A stretch of 64,000 nucleotides of DNA from Amphiscolops sp. MND2022. Taxonomy: Eukaryota. The notes under the pieces are model-generated. The model was not told the DNA's origin and made no database searches. It saw only the letters and a list, made by a program, of their open reading frames with translations. The position numbers and the translations under genes are program-made. The DNA lies in assembly GCA_964187785.1 (NCBI GenBank), contig OZ076409.1, positions 44,394,001 to 44,458,000 of the forward strand, given 5' to 3'. Positions 11,636 through 25,717 of the stretch are shown here, one piece after another (the stretch's first letter is position 1; every line of letters starts with the position of its first letter).

Positions 11636-14600
11636 ATGTCGCAGTTGTCAGACACAATTGGCGAAGAATTGGAAGGAGCAGTTGCTGACGTACTTGGTGA
11701 GAACGTTCCCCCGGTGTGTTGTCGCTTGGCTAACCGGATTCCCACTGCTGGTGCAGAAACTGTGAACGCTATCCTCGAGTTGGCGTTTTCTGAGGAGTTT
11801 CGTAAGTGTGATAGACTTTTGTTTCTTCTGTTTGCTGTTCATTCCTCTCGTATATGTGTGTACGGAACTATTGTATCCGCTGTCGGAAGGTGACTGGCTA
11901 TTGCTAGACATCTTCATATCATCTAAGCTGTTTTGGTGCGCGCATCCCTTGTGTATCACTTGTAACTGCAATATTTCATTCTTTCCGGATTGTCTCAGGT
12001 ATCGTTGGTGACTATTCCAGGAGTTGTGGATCTTATGGACCTGCTGGCGCATTTGCGGTCCTACCACGAGGAGGGTGAAAAGCTTCCTTCGAGTGGTGAC
12101 ACCGAAGAGTCTTCGGTGTTGCGTCGGTTAGACGCTTTTCTCAGCAGCCAATTGGGTTAGTTGGAGTAGATTTGTTATTGCCTTTCGTATTCTTGTGTAG
12201 GATAGGTATCTCGATGTTCATGTAGTTCTGCTTGCCGTGGTGTTCGTTCTAAATTGCAGTTCTGTTTTTTTTTCGTTTGATAGATTCCAGCGTGCGTTCG
12301 TCGTCGTATCCATCTCTCGAAGCAATGATGGAGAGATTGGACCGCCAAGTCGCTGGTTTTGTGAAAGCAGCTGTGGAGTCGACCTTGGAGTCGGTCTTGG
12401 GACTGTCGGGGCACTCGCTGTGGAAGACTTTATGCAGCCTCTCCAAAGTGCAATCCGTCTCAACGGATTTGTCGCCTGGTTTGGGGGTGGATTCTGGACC
12501 TCGTCTGGAGGTGTGTGACAGTCCGGCTGTGGCTCCTGGTAGTTCGGCTGCGTCAGTCTGATCAAGTTCTCTTGGACCCTCGCTTTGGCCTATGGGGTTG
12601 ATGTGTCGGCGACAGCTGGTACTCCATCGACATCGGTTGTAAAGAAACCTGGTAAGAATCTCATAAGATCATGGGAGGGGTTTTAGAGGTGGGGTTTTGG
12701 GACTTTACTCTTATTTTCAATCCTATTTTTTTCTGATTCGAGGTAATCTAAAGGCAGTCTAGATACATTGGTAGTAACGTGTGAAAGTTTTAAAACATTT
12801 TTTTACTCACTTTGTCTTATGTGCTTCAGCTAGGAAACGCGCTCTGAAGACTTTGAAGCCTTCGCTCTTCGTATCAGGAGTGATCGGCAGTTTTGTCGGG
12901 TTCCTTAGGGAGAAACGCGTGACTGATGGCTTCGCTCGTTGTTTACTCTGTCGCGTGGATTTGTGCATTGCTGTACGAGGGATTTCTAACCTGTGGGAGC
13001 ACTGGAAGGGTCTTGAGCACACCCGGTTAGAGCAGAAATTTGGTAAAATAACACAGAAGCCGCTCTTAGATAAGTCGTGCCGCCCGTTATCAGCAGACGA
13101 GGATCAAAAGATTCGACTGGAGTGGATATCAGAACCTCCAGTGTACCTAGAGTCGCCTCTGTGCTTGACCTTGGATGAGCGCATTGCTATAGGGGAGTCT
13201 GAAGCGAAGGCTGGAGCTAAACCGGAACTGAGTAAAAGTAGTTGTGACTGCCTGTGGTTGTGTACCTTCGTGAACAGCTTTCTCAATGTCACTTCGTTTG
13301 GACAGGTGCAGCATCAAGTGGATGGGTGGATGGACTGTATGCGTACAGAATTGAAACTTCCAATTCGGCTCACTAGCCATGTAAAGTGTCCGGTGAGTAT
13401 GCATTTTTCTTTTTGCTTTCGGTGTAACATGTTACGGTTGGTTAGGGTAATTATCTAATTAACCACTTGCGGTCATGGGGCTTTGTTTCGTGGTTATTTG
13501 TTTTTTTACTAATAAGACGTGTTTTGTGTGGTGTGTTTGCACAGGCTAGTGTTGTACGGTCTCTATCCTTACGTAGTTGACCAACTGTCTGAACGCCTGA
13601 AAGACACAGTCTTAGTGGGTGTCACTATACGTTTGGCTTCCACTGTTTGGCGGGTGGAGCTTCATCATGTGGATGTGAACGGGTTACGCTCTGTGGTAAT
13701 CGGTGTTCTGGCTGCTGGCGTTGATTACGAGCGACGTCTAAGTGAGTGTTGTAACATCAGTTGCCATTGATGGTCCTCTGAATGTCGCTGAAGCTCAGGC
13801 TACTGTTGCACACCCGAAGACGCCCGTTGTCACCAGGGTGGTTTGACTTCCGTGGGTGCTACAGACTATTAAAGTATGCTTTTTGGTCTCTTTTGCGGGG
13901 ATGGAGCCCTGCAGCATATTGGAGTACCTGCGTTACCGATTGGGTGCTGTCTGCGCAGACTCAAGTTTTAACCAGATGCCAGCGATACGCAGTGTTAGTC
14001 AGAGTGTTTTTTGTTGCTTTTGTTTTGGTCATTGTTTTTTTGACTTCTGTGCAGTAGTGTGTAATTTCGCAACGACAGGTGGACGTTATCTTCGGCTAAT
14101 CACTCGGAATGTAAATTTTGTTATTTTCAGTTTGTTCGACGTAGCGAGATGGGCGTTGTTGAATTGCTATCTCTGGTGACTGAGGTCGTGGATTGTTGGG
14201 ACGATCTGGCTCTCTACTTCGGGACTCACCGAGCTATTGTGACGTCTGAGACGCAGTTCCTGACTACTACTGAAAGTCAGGTGTTTGATGACCCGATGGT
14301 GCGGCCACGCTTTGCTATACTGAAGGTGTTACTATCCTTTCGTGAGTACTGGTTTTGTTATACCTTTTTTGTTTGTACTAGGCTCTATTAGTACCGTATG
14401 GTTTTTGGCTGGGTCGTTGAGTTGTTTGCGTGTGGGTTTTGTGTGAAAAGGTACTTGGATTTCTATGGTGTCTGGTAGAGGGCACACAATGTTTTAGTTA
14501 TTCTGGTAATGATGTCGGTGGTTGGATTGTTTTAGTCGAAACTAATTGCCCCAGGATGTGTGGTTCAGGACGGGACCTTGGCGTCGTTGTTGAGCGGGAG

Positions 14601-15100
14601 CTGGGATCAACTTTTAAACTGTGGCATCAGCGAAGTCATGTCTCAATGTATGGCGGTGTTAGCAGCGCGAGAGGCATCGGTAGTTGTTCCTGCTGTGGAC
14701 GACTATCGGTCGGAATTAGCGGAGCAGTTAAACATGTTGGAGTTTGCTGTGCGCAGTCCTGTGCGTGGTGGGAGTCGCCGAGGAGTCGGCCCGAGGTCTC
14801 TTCGAGTAGGGACGGCTAGCAGTGGTAATCGTGCGCGTACCCAATCGGCAGTTGCCTTAGCTGAAAGCGTCCCGGACAGGGGTGTGGCTTATACAAGCGG
14901 GACACCGATTCGGGGTCGTGGTGCCTCATTGAGGAGTGCGAGCAAAGGTTCGACAGGACGTGGGCCACAGACGGCGCAAGCACGAAGGACTGGAGGGAAA
15001 CTTCGTGGATGCAAAACGCTTGTGCTTGCCAATCCATGTGATGATGAACGCGATTCTATTGTCACGAGCGAGAGTACCTTTCGAGGGTCTCGGCGGAACA
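11636..15100 (+). pseudogene. Decayed copy of the antisense multi-exon cargo gene in element B
   Basis: Exons homologous to the A cargo, with matching donors (GT at 11802, 12156, 12652, 13393). Shared peptides include RRLDAFLSSQLG, GTVGALAVEDF, FARCLLCRVDL...WEHWKGLEHTRLEQ, WDDLALYFG and CPRMCGSGRD. Frameshifts and a ~0.77 kb deletion near 14600. Confidence 0.85.
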
Positions 15101-15213
15101 AAAAACGGGCTGCTAGACTCTTCGTGGTCTATCTTCATCATGCCATCCGGCATGACACTCTCTGATGACTCGAATTACATGAACATGTTTCGCACCATGT
15201 TTCTTAACGCCGT

Positions 15214-18200
15214 TGTCATATTCAGTTCATTCCAGTTTCTGACCGACCTCCGCCGAGTTTCGGTTCAAAGACTATCTAGAAAACCAGGACTTGTTTACCA
15301 ACAAACTCGAAATAGACATTTAGTTAGCAGATAATTTATATACTTTGTAGTATCTGGGGTACAGTCGTTCGAACAAGTAAGTGATATCATTTTAATCTTT
15401 TTCTTTTTTGTTAGTTATTAATTTGGTATAAAAGAACATGGCGCACTCAGCTAACTTTCACACAAATTGTAACCTTCCTTAAAACCCAGAACTATGACCC
15501 AGGAAAATACAAATCCGAATATTGAAGTAAAGGCCTCGGATGGAAATTCGGTATTTACACCGAGCAATGGCTGGAAAGACTCAGACAATTTACAAAACGG
15601 TAACAAAGTTGATATCACAATTTTTTTGAAGAAGAAGACATTACAGAAACCGGATGGACCAGTTCACTCTTACGATGTAGTGTTTGTTCATCTCTTCAAT
15701 GGTTTGTTTTTTATGATTGTACTTTCATCTGATTCTTTGTTGATTCGGCCGCTTGCTGTATTTCTTCTTCGTTTATTGTTTTCACTGTTCGCTTGTTCTA
15801 GATTTTCTGTCTACCGGGATAACGAAAGAAATCATTATTAAACACCGGATCACCAATAACGAAAATGCCACAAGACGAAAGAAAATTGAAATCTACCGCA
15901 AAACAGAAGATACTAAGTAGATATCAAGACGTGAACAAAAAGGAAGTAAAGTTTCGGGGAAAATGCCCGTAAAGGTGGAATATGAAAACAACAAAGAGAA
16001 AACGGAAGTACTAATCACCGAAAAAACAGATATAACAACAATACTCGGTATGCATTGGATGAAAATATTCTAGCTGACAATCGAAACAGTGAGAAATACA
16101 TAAAAAAATTTCTGGATCTATATTGAAATAACGAAACAAAAAAGAAACAGCAATGAACATACAATTCAAACCCGGACAATTCCAGGGAAAATAAAAAATC
16201 CCGGCCAGTCCCACTACACATGCCAGAAGATGTGGGTAGGAAACAAGAGAAACTAATTAACTCCGGACATCTAGAGAAAATGAAAGATGTTGACAAAAAT
16301 TGTTTTTGTCACCAGTAGTTAGTACCGTAGAGAGCGATAAATTAATGAAAACAGCAAGTGACTCCAGAGAACTAAATGAGTTGCTTCAAAAGAAGACCAA
16401 ACATGCCAAATAAGGAAAAACAATTGAATCAAATTTCGGTAGAAATAACCGAACAACGCAATTATTCATCTAAACGTTGAGCAAGACTACGCATAGGGAA
16501 AAATGAGATTAACGGAAGAAACGCGTCGACAATGCGTATTTGCACAAACCGGAGAAAAACATAGCGGTTACTATAAATTAAAAAAAGTGTTTTACGGGCT
16601 TCCCAATATACCATCTATATTTCAAGAAAAAAATGACCGAACACTCGGATACTGTACACCAGCGTGGTTAGACGACTTAATTGTCGTATCCTGCGGAAAT
16701 AAACAAGAACACGAGAAGTGATTGTTCTAAAAAAAGAACGAAAAGCCGGACACCGGTCTAGCAAAACGAGTCATAGTTTTCCATGCACCAAACAAGATGG
16801 CTGGGACTCGAAATTGACGAAAACGGAAAAAACAGAATGCAGATACAGCAGAAGCTATTTTGAAATTTTATAAAACCGGAAAATACAACATAAATGAAAT
16901 AATTTCTCGAGGCATTACAAATAATGGAAATATTTCTACAGAAATTTTTGGAAAAAACGGACCGACGCCGGAAGTTACTAAAAAATGAATCATGGAACTG
17001 GTGAAAGGAGCGCGCGATCGATTCCGGAAAGATAAAACAAAATATGACCGAAAACCCATGCCTAGCACACCATGCAAAGGACAAAGATAAAATAGTGACG
17101 ACTGTTGCAAGTACAACAGGACGCTATGACAAAAACAAGATGACGGAAATACTGGAAAAACCGATAGCATACGGTAGTAAATGAGACCACAAAGAAACAT
17201 TCAATCGGTGAATTAGAATTTTTGGCGGTACTGTGGGCATTAGAGGAATTTCGATTCTACCTTTACGGAAAAAAGTTCACCTCCATACAGACCACCAAGC
17301 ATTTGAACAACTGATAAAAAGTACCTGGAGCAATAAACAAAACAGCGCGAGACTAACAAGATGATTAGACAGCATAACTCCCTTTGATCGATCAACACAG
17401 CATATTGCAGGCAGCACATTAAAACTCACCGACTATATTAGCAAAAACGAGGTAGGGGAGCCATGCCGGAATAAAATTACGATGCAGAAAACGTAATTAA
17501 TAAACTTACCGAAAAAGCGAAAGCGGATTTGAATCTAAAAGAGCATAGAAAATTAGGAGAACGAAAACAACGTGAACGCAATCCAAAAAAAAAACAATAG
17601 AAGAATATCCGGGCAGTCCGATATTAGCACTCCGAAATTAAATCAACGGTCAAGAAAATTATTACACTTAAATTGACTGAGAAAATGTTTACCATTGGGG
17701 AGCCTTCCGTAAACTAATGGACATAATCGGAAGGCGGAACAGCAGTCCAGAGCGAGACGACTCGTGGAACAGAGGATTGCGCTATCGCGGCCTGGATCAT
17801 CACTGCGACGCCGGTACGATCCTCAGACACAGCGCACGCTATTTGGACCATCACGTCACAAAAAAGAGGTGGGGAAGAGATTGCCGGGACTGATGCGGGA
17901 GCTGATGATGATAGCCAATAGACTGGGAGGCAGCTACCAGCCTATCATACATGAAGTAGAACCCGATGAACTACCAGAGGAAGGAGAAGTTGAGTAGAAG
18001 GCAGCCGAGACCAAAGAAAACAGTGTGATAATGCGGGGCGACAAATTACCAGTCGTGGACTTCAGCAAATACAACGTGGATGGCAAAGAAGCGCATTACA
18101 ACCAGATATATCACATTAACTGAACACTTAACGCAAACAAAACGATGACCGAGGACCTCACCAAGTACGCTGAGTTCATATTCAAGATGGACATGAAAGC

Positions 18201-20628
18201 TTTATTTTCAAAAACAGCCATCGACCCGTAACTAACTCGAGTTAGAAACAGTATGCGCCGCGAAACCGAGAAAAATTTCGGATAGCTACCGAATAGTCTT
18301 CGACAAGCTATCAATAAGAAGGGGTCGCGTGTTTGTCGATGATTAGATCGGCATTCCTTTCGAACTTAGACAACGACTACTGCATATACTTCATTTCGGT
18401 CACCCCAGCATAACAAAGATGACATCTGAAGCGAAATCTTCTTGTGGCCAGAATAGAAACAGGACATAGAAAATAAAGTGAAAGACTGCAGGACACAATT
18501 TGCAACCGGTAAAACCCTAATTACCAATTTCCAAAAAAACACCAACTTCCGAAAAATCAAGTTAAACAAATCGTTATCACCGGAAAATTACATTACAAAA
18601 ACATACACTGTGAAGTACAAAAACTTTTCATGGCAAACAAAATTAGCAAATGGCTGTGCGTAAAAATTTGCAAAACATCAAAACCAAAGAAATAAAAAAT
18701 TTCCTATCTAGCATATTTCAATTGTACGGAATACCTGAGAAAATTTAATTCGAGAAAAGGGGAGCATTGATCTCAAGAGAACACCGGGAACGTTGTAAAA
18801 GAGGGAACATTGAAATAGAATAGTGCATACCCCAAATGCATACAAGAATTGGAATAATAGGGAGACGGTAATAACATGGAAGACGGAATAAGCTTGACTC
18901 AAACCGTGAACCGAGTGCTGCTGGTTATGCAATTTAACATACACACGGAGACTAACATAACACCTTTTGACTTCGAACATCACGAAAGAAAACCGAGAAC
19001 CGATTCAACGAACATCTTTTAAAACGGAAAAACATACCTATTTAACTGATCAGAATCATATGATCCAGCACGGAACAGACCCAAAAAACCCATGTATGTG
19101 GGTTGTGATACCAAGGGGGACATCGCCAACCACATCATAACGGCGAGAACAAAGTCTCAGGAAAAACACTTCGCCGAAGGTCCAAAGTCTCCTATGAAGA
19201 AAAGTTCGGTTAGATTTCCGTTTCCCGTGTTGAGAAAAAATATTTAAAAATCTTTAGAAAGAAACTTCCGAAACAAAATACCATCAGCAGTAAGCGGAAC
19301 CTAAAGTACCGTTAAAACAGACACCAGGAAAATATTATACCGAAAATTTGTTTCGGGACTATCATTTCAGACCGAAAGAAAACCAGGAGAGAACCGACTA
19401 TCAACACAAGCGATGAAATAAACCTGAAGAACAGGCATTGCTTGCAGGGCCTAGACGGGAAATTTGAGCGGTGGGACGCAATCTTCCGGGACATTTCAAA
19501 CAAGAGGCTGAAAATAGTCCAAAACCGAAAAGGGAGAGAGGGTGACACCAAAGACGAAGACGATGATGACGAAGATGAAGGTGGTGATGAAGACGATGTA
19601 GAGAAATGCACGAAGGATAGAAAAGCGTGGAGTAAGACATTTCATAGTAGAATGGGCCATATTGAAAGATGGGAGAAACAAAGAGCAAATAAACCCCAAG
19701 ACTACGAGACAGTTGAAACCAGAAATTTCCCCAAAATTGAGCAGTCCCTCACATGCTCACAAGGCGGGAAAACGTGCCGAACCGCCGCCGGATTGGGTAT
19801 CCACACGAAAAGATTTCATAACAAGAAAGAACCTGTCCTCTTTCCCTGCCCAAACTGCACCAGAATTTTCAGGACTAAAAATACACGGACAAACAACCAA
19901 AAGTCATGTTACGGGGAATATTCCTCGGAGAAACACAGAACACAGTACATCATGCAACAAGTCATTGTAACGGAAAAATTTCGCAAGACACAGAAAAAGA
20001 TGCCAACCATTAGAATCCCCTACAAATTTGCCCCAAGCAAGGAAAAACAAAGCCAAATACACGGAATATCCCGATTGCACCATACCCATCTCCGCCACGA
20101 ACCTGGCTCGACCTAAAAACACTTGCCGAGTCCAACCGAGAGGAGAGCGTACCCCCAGCGTGGGTAGTGAAAGCTAAACGAAAAAAAGACGATGTAGAGA
20201 TGCCGCAAGAAACGGTAGCATACCTTACGCTGGCAACTTCTGGAGATGCAAAATCAACTGTTCGATGGATATTGTATATAATACAGGTAAGTTGTGGACC
20301 AGACACAAAGGAATACCCCAGCCGGATGTAATACAGAAACTGTCGGAACTCCTATCAGGAGATGCCCCCGGAGGTCATCCAGTAGAATCTGAGAGAAAAA
20401 AAGGGAAAACTGTCATTATCGGTTTTTTCTTGCTCCTGACCTCTACTGAAATTCGGTTTATAAACTGTCTAGAAAACTAGGAGTTGTTTACCAACAAAAT
20501 CAAAATAGACATCTAATTTGAAGATACGATATAAACTTTGTAGTATCTGAAGTACAATCGGTTCGATAAAGAGATATCGTTTTAATATTATTCTCTTTTG
20601 TTAGTTATTCGTTCGGTAGAAAAGAACA
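15214..20628 (+). mobile_element. Old, degenerate Ty3/Gypsy element C with ~220 bp LTRs
   Basis: Diverged direct repeats 15214-15438 and 20411-20628 (TGTCAT...AAAGAACA). PBS TGGCGCA at 15439 and a purine tract before 20411. RT remnant FYGLPNIPSIFQ...AWLDDLIV (16503-16721) and RNase H remnant ELEFLAVLWALEEFRFYLYG (~17210). Confidence 0.85.
19605..20185 (+). mobile_element. 5'-truncated LINE fragment (C-terminal zinc-finger region) inserted in element C
   Basis: Exact 15 bp TSD AAGACGATGTAGAGA (19590-19604, 20186-20200) and an A-rich 3' end. Encodes GKTCRTAAGLGIHTKRFH and FPCPNCTRIF. Confidence 0.75.
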
Positions 20629-22039
20629 ATCATCACTCCTAGCTGTTGGAGAATTAAAAAATAAGGTTTAAGGTTCAAATACCATTACGACGTTATCGTA
20701 TTCCGTGAAAATTTGGTCGACATAGACAATCGATGTCGACATTATCCTTTTTTACATTATTTCAAGGTAAAAAGTTGTAAATTCATGTTGTTGCGGAGAA
20801 ACTGTGCGTTATGCGAGGGACCTTATTACAACTTTGGCTTTTTCCAAACGTGAATTTTTGCCATTTTAGACACTTAAATGAAGCAATCGGGGTATTTTAG
20901 CTGGAAGTGTAAAAAATCTGAAAATTCTATTATTCGCGCACAGTTTTTTCCCCGAACAAATGTTTTCTTCCCGTTTGGGCGATACGTACGAATCCCATTA
21001 TTTTAAAAAGTCATTTATGATGCAATGACTCAAATTTTAGCAGAGACTTGAGCAATCTCTTGTGGAGAATGCTTGAACTTTTTACATGCTGCATTGAAAC
21101 ATGCAGTGTTACGAACTATGATCGAGTCTCTATTTTGGGTGGTTTGCCAAATCTCTTGCTGGACTACTTTGTTCCGACTTCACGTTGTCATCTTGATGAA
21201 AAACAAATACTCGAGTCTGTTGATTTTGAATTAAGGTTGGTAAAGTTTTTTCTAACAAAACAAAGTTGTGCTGGATACATAATCGCAGATCGAAACACAA
21301 AGTGAATGTATAATTTTACAAGTACATGCAAAAGTTACCATCCTAGCATCATATAATTTAACTCGCGTACTTTAATTTCAATCAAGATACCAGTCACTTC
21401 CTGTAATTTTGGGGCAATATTTTTATCTACGTTAGCACTTCGTCAATTTTTGCAATATCTCCGTAGTTAGATTGATATTAGTTATCACCCAGTGTCAATT
21501 TATTTCAAATAGGCGTCCTTTTCTTTCCTCTCAAGCCGAAAATAGAATTCACTTCAGTCTGTCAAACCGGAGATATTTCCCTGTTTTACTGGTTTGGCTC
21601 GCGGGAAAATTGACGCGGATTTACCGCTGGCGTAAACAGTTAATACCTGATTTTGAATTTCAACTTGAGAAATAAAGACTAATTATTTTGATTCGACTCT
21701 TTTGGTGATGCTAAGAGAAAGACTTTGTACTGATTTACATGAGGCTAAACAATTGAATATTTCAACAATTAACAAGGATTTATTTAATTCAAGTTAGGAG
21801 CAACACTTTTGAGCAATATGAAAGGACGACTTGACATCGGCAAGCAGCTTATGAACTTATGAAATTAGGTTATCAAAACATACGATTAAAAATTCCGCTT
21901 AAACTTCACATTGAAAACAGATAATGAATTAAAATTGTGACTCTCCTATTTAAATTGTGTTGAAACTCTGTTATTTTATGTAAGTCTGAAACATCTTGAC
22001 CTCAATACCATATTTCATTCAAATACAATCTTAGTCGAC

Positions 22040-22570
22040 GCAATAATGACGTAGGATTGTGTTTTGTTAGTTGACATAGCGTTGACGTAGATTCAAAACC
22101 TGGCTCAGTTAGTTACTTTGCGACGTGACTAAGTGTTGACGTAAATTCAAATTCAATCCTAGCTAGCAGTTTCTGCTGACGTAGCGCTGATGTAAATTTA
22201 AAATCTGGTTTAGTTAGTTTTTTTTGCGACGTAGTGGTGACGTTGATTCGTATTCTAGCTTCGATTAGTGTTTCCGTAGTGAACGAATGCTTCTTTTAAA
22301 TTTATTACTGACTAAAACGCATAACTTAATAAATTTGCGACGTAGTGTTGACCAAGATTTTGGAATAAAATCTCGCTAGTTGCTGTAGCTGTAACGTAGT
22401 GTTGACCAAAAAATGGAATGAAATTTAGCTAGCTGCCTTGGTGGTACCGTGACGTAGCGACGGTGCAAATTCTTTCTTACCGCCAAGGCAGTGACGCAGC
22501 CTTGGCGTAAACTATACTTTTAGCGCTGATTTGATTGGCTGACGGTACGATGACGTAGATTAAAGTCTTT
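22040..22570. repeat. Degenerate tandem repeat, unit ~50-58 bp
   Basis: Recurring core GACGTAGTGTTGAC(G/C) followed by related TAGCTAG/TAGTTAG tails, about 8 copies. Confidence 0.6.
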
Positions 22571-23797
22571 TTGAGCACCATTCTCAAACTTGTGACATCA
22601 CAACGTCAATAATTATCACAGCTGACTTCTAGAGAATTTACTTTAGTTTGTTATCAATTCAACCCAGTCCAGACGCGGACTGTGACATGCAGGCTATTTT
22701 TTTTACAAACTGTAGAAAATTCAGGGATCATGTCTGGAAAATTTTTGTAGGATTACAATGCAGCTTCCACTATATCAAATGAGTCTGAAAAAACTTCCAC
22801 TACTTCAATGTCGCGATCACTTTGTTTTCACGCGTAAATTTTTCAAGTAAGCGTCTTATGTAATCACCCTCAGCCCAACTTCACGCTAAATTTGACGCTA
22901 CCTTGAAATCGATAAAGTGACCGAAGTATTTTGCATGAAATCGGCGGTTAAATTGATGAGGTCTCAGATGCATTCAAAGTTAGAATTGCTTCTTAATGAA
23001 ACCTGCAAAACATTGCGCCACGGAATTGCTGCCAAATCTAGGATGAATCCTATAATAAAATCAAAAACTTAAATTAACTTGAATCAGTGAAGTTTTAAAG
23101 CATGGAAGACTCCTTGAGAATTTTATAAAACCATGAAAAAATAGTTTGGTGACCTACAAAACATAAAAAGTGCCCATGAAAAGGCTGGGAAACCAGCTTT
23201 TCTGTTCGAAGTGTTGATCAAAAACTGAGTCATATCTTTTGCACCACCTACGAAATCCTTGTTATTTTCAAAAATAGCAAACAGTATTTTGACAGTTGCA
23301 ACTAAAACTATTCGGATTTTGATATTTTTTTGAAGAAAATGCAGAAATTCACCCCCGGAGTAAGCTAAAATTGTATAGGAAAGCCTCTATTCTAACACCA
23401 CTTCTCCACACCAAAAATAGGAAAATGAATCAGGGTTGCAACTCAGGGTTCTAATGTTTTGTAGCAAGTGACGAAACAACATCTATTCCCCCCCCAACTG
23501 CGGGGAAACAAGACAAAAGGTTCAAATATCATTGTCGACATCGTTTGCGTTGAAATTTTGGTCCAATAAAACAATTGATGCCGACATAATTCTATCCCTT
23601 ACATTGTCAGTCACTAGTTGCTCGTTAGATTTTATAGCGGACAAAATTTGCGTTGAAATAGGGGCCTTTTCATACAGTTTTAGCTTGTTCCAAAAGTAAA
23701 TTTCTGCTAGTTTGGACAATAATATCAAAAACTATGGTGATTGTTTTTGCCTGAAGTGTCCAAACAGTTGTAGAAACAACCCTCTAAGTGTTTACAT

Positions 23798-25024
23798 CAA
23801 GGCTGTGCAAATAATAAATGCGGTTTCACTTATTGACAATAACATAATAACATAGCCGGAATGAATGAATGTTAACAGAGTGGTTAAAACATTAATTGAA
23901 TGAAACGAGTTCGGCTGTTGAACAATTATTGTCCAATAGGATTTCTCGTTTTCTAAAACATCTCAAACTCAGTTTTAACATATGTTTTTGAATGGAACAT
24001 TTTATGAAAATAACGTAGTGCATTGGCTGAAAATTCATTTGCAGCATGTAATCTGGTTTCAGCATCGCGCATCCTGATTGGCTAAAACTCAGGGCATTGC
24101 ACGGAATTTCACAGGGTAAAATAATTCTAGCACTGTTACATACGTGTTATTACCGCAAATTATATTAGGTTGTCTAATAAATCCATTGCCATGAGCTTTT
24201 TCACTGACATTGGCAATGAAACATGGCAATGTCGCTGTGACAGAAAGCGATAACGAAGCTTAAAAAGAGGCTATGGCAACTTGATGGAGCATATTAGATC
24301 TGACCATCCGAACTATATTGACAAAATAAAAAAACGCGCAAATCCTATTGTTTCGAAACTTGCCAAAAATCGTTATGGATGGCTGGAGTGGATTGTTGTG
24401 AATGGTTTTCCGTTCAGCTTTGTAGAAAATGAAGTGAGCAGAAGATATACAAACTTAGAGCCAATATCACGTCGAACCTTGTTAAAAGACATGCAGAATC
24501 TGAATGTGCGAGTTGAAAAAGATATAGCCAAAAAACTCCCAAAAAATTAGGTTTAGTTATTGACTGTTGGTCCGATATGGATACACCGACCAACTATATG
24601 GCAAGTTATGCGGTCTATCAAAACGGTTTTCCACTTCTGGCATTCTCTCCTCTAGTAATTTGAAGATTCGAATTCGAATTTTGCCGAAACCGTTTTGGCT
24701 AAAAAGATCCAGACCAGTATTGATTTGGAGTGGATACCTCCGACTTTCAATCGCGCGGAACGACTTTTTAGCAGAGTAAGATATGTTCTCACTGACTATA
24801 GAAAAAGTGTTTCTCCAGTCAAGCTCGAAGCTCAAATATTTTTACATGCAAACAAGGAGTATTGGACAGTTTTTACAAAAGAGATTTCGAACTCATATCC
24901 TGATGATAAACAATAATTGTTTTCATTAACTATAATGGCAATAATTGATTTTTATGATGAATCATATTGTAATAATTGATTGTTGTAATCAATAGTGTTG
25001 TCAATAGCATAATACAGAGCCTTG
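23798..25024 (+). mobile_element. Internally deleted hAT transposon
   Basis: TIRs CAAGGCTGTG / CAGAGCCTTG. 8 bp flanks GTTTACAT / ATATACAT. Encodes a BED-finger end (EHIRSDHP), WIVVNGFPFSFVEN and WIPPTFNRAERLFSRVRYVL. Confidence 0.85.
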
Positions 25025-25090
25025 ATATACATTCAAATAAAATTCTCTTATTAGTGAATTATTTGGACCATGTCATTTTTCCCCGACCCC

Positions 25091-25717
25091 CAGGGGTTGG
25101 CAATAAATAATAATTTTTTAATTTATTGACAATAAATACAATAAAATAATTTATTTTTGACAAACAAAATAAAAACTATTTATTGTCAAAGTTACAATTA
25201 TTGGAAAAAATTATTGCTTCAGATTGACATGTAAATAATCGACAAGCAAGCTACAATGAATAGGAAATTACTGAAAAGCCGTTCCGCGCGATAGGAAGTT
25301 CCACGCTGTGAAATCAATAGACGAACTCGTTTCATTCAACTATTGTATCAACCACACTTTGATGCGTGATGGCTAGCTTCACGAATAAAGAAATTGTTGC
25401 GCATTATTTCAAACAGAAATCAAACCAGGAATTTAAGTGCCTGTGTGGTACTTTTCGAAAACAATCGAAAGGCGCTGGTTATCAAAATTTATTGTCTCAT
25501 ATACAAACTAAACACCCAAAATTACTACTTGAGTTTAGAACCTAATTCAATCAGCATGAACCCTAAATTTGAAAGGACGGAATTTAAAGTTTAACAAATA
25601 TTTTTTTATTTGAGAGCAATTAAAAAATAATTTAAATAATTTAATTTGATCAGACAACAAAAAAAATAATTTATTGTTTGCAACAATATTATTGCAATAA
25701 TATTGTGCCCACCCCTG
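25091..25717 (+). mobile_element. Non-autonomous hAT element with BED-finger remnant
   Basis: TIRs CAGGGGTTGGCA / TGCCCACCCCTG. Flanks CCGACCCC / CCGAACCC. Peptide FKCLCGTFRKQSKGAGYQNLLSHIQTKHP at ~25430-25520. Confidence 0.8.

Larger units (their letters stand above)
9450..15157 (-). mobile_element. Gypsy element B: internally deleted relative of element A (3' LTR, PPT, antisense cargo gene and the last ~45 bp of the 5' LTR)
   Basis: TG...CA ends with CTCTC TSD (9445-9449, 15158-15162). 15115-15157 repeats the LTR end at ~10543-10585. PPT at 10586-10597. Cargo homologous to 27969-32145. gag-pol absent. Confidence 0.85.

Noticed and set aside
15209..20633. TSD for element C
   Set aside because: Flanks GCCGT and ATCAT match at only 2/5 positions. 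Compatible with decay but not usable as evidence.
22040..22570. CRISPR-like repeat/spacer appearance
   Set aside because: Repeats are degenerate, the spacers resemble each other, there are no cas genes, and the context is eukaryotic.
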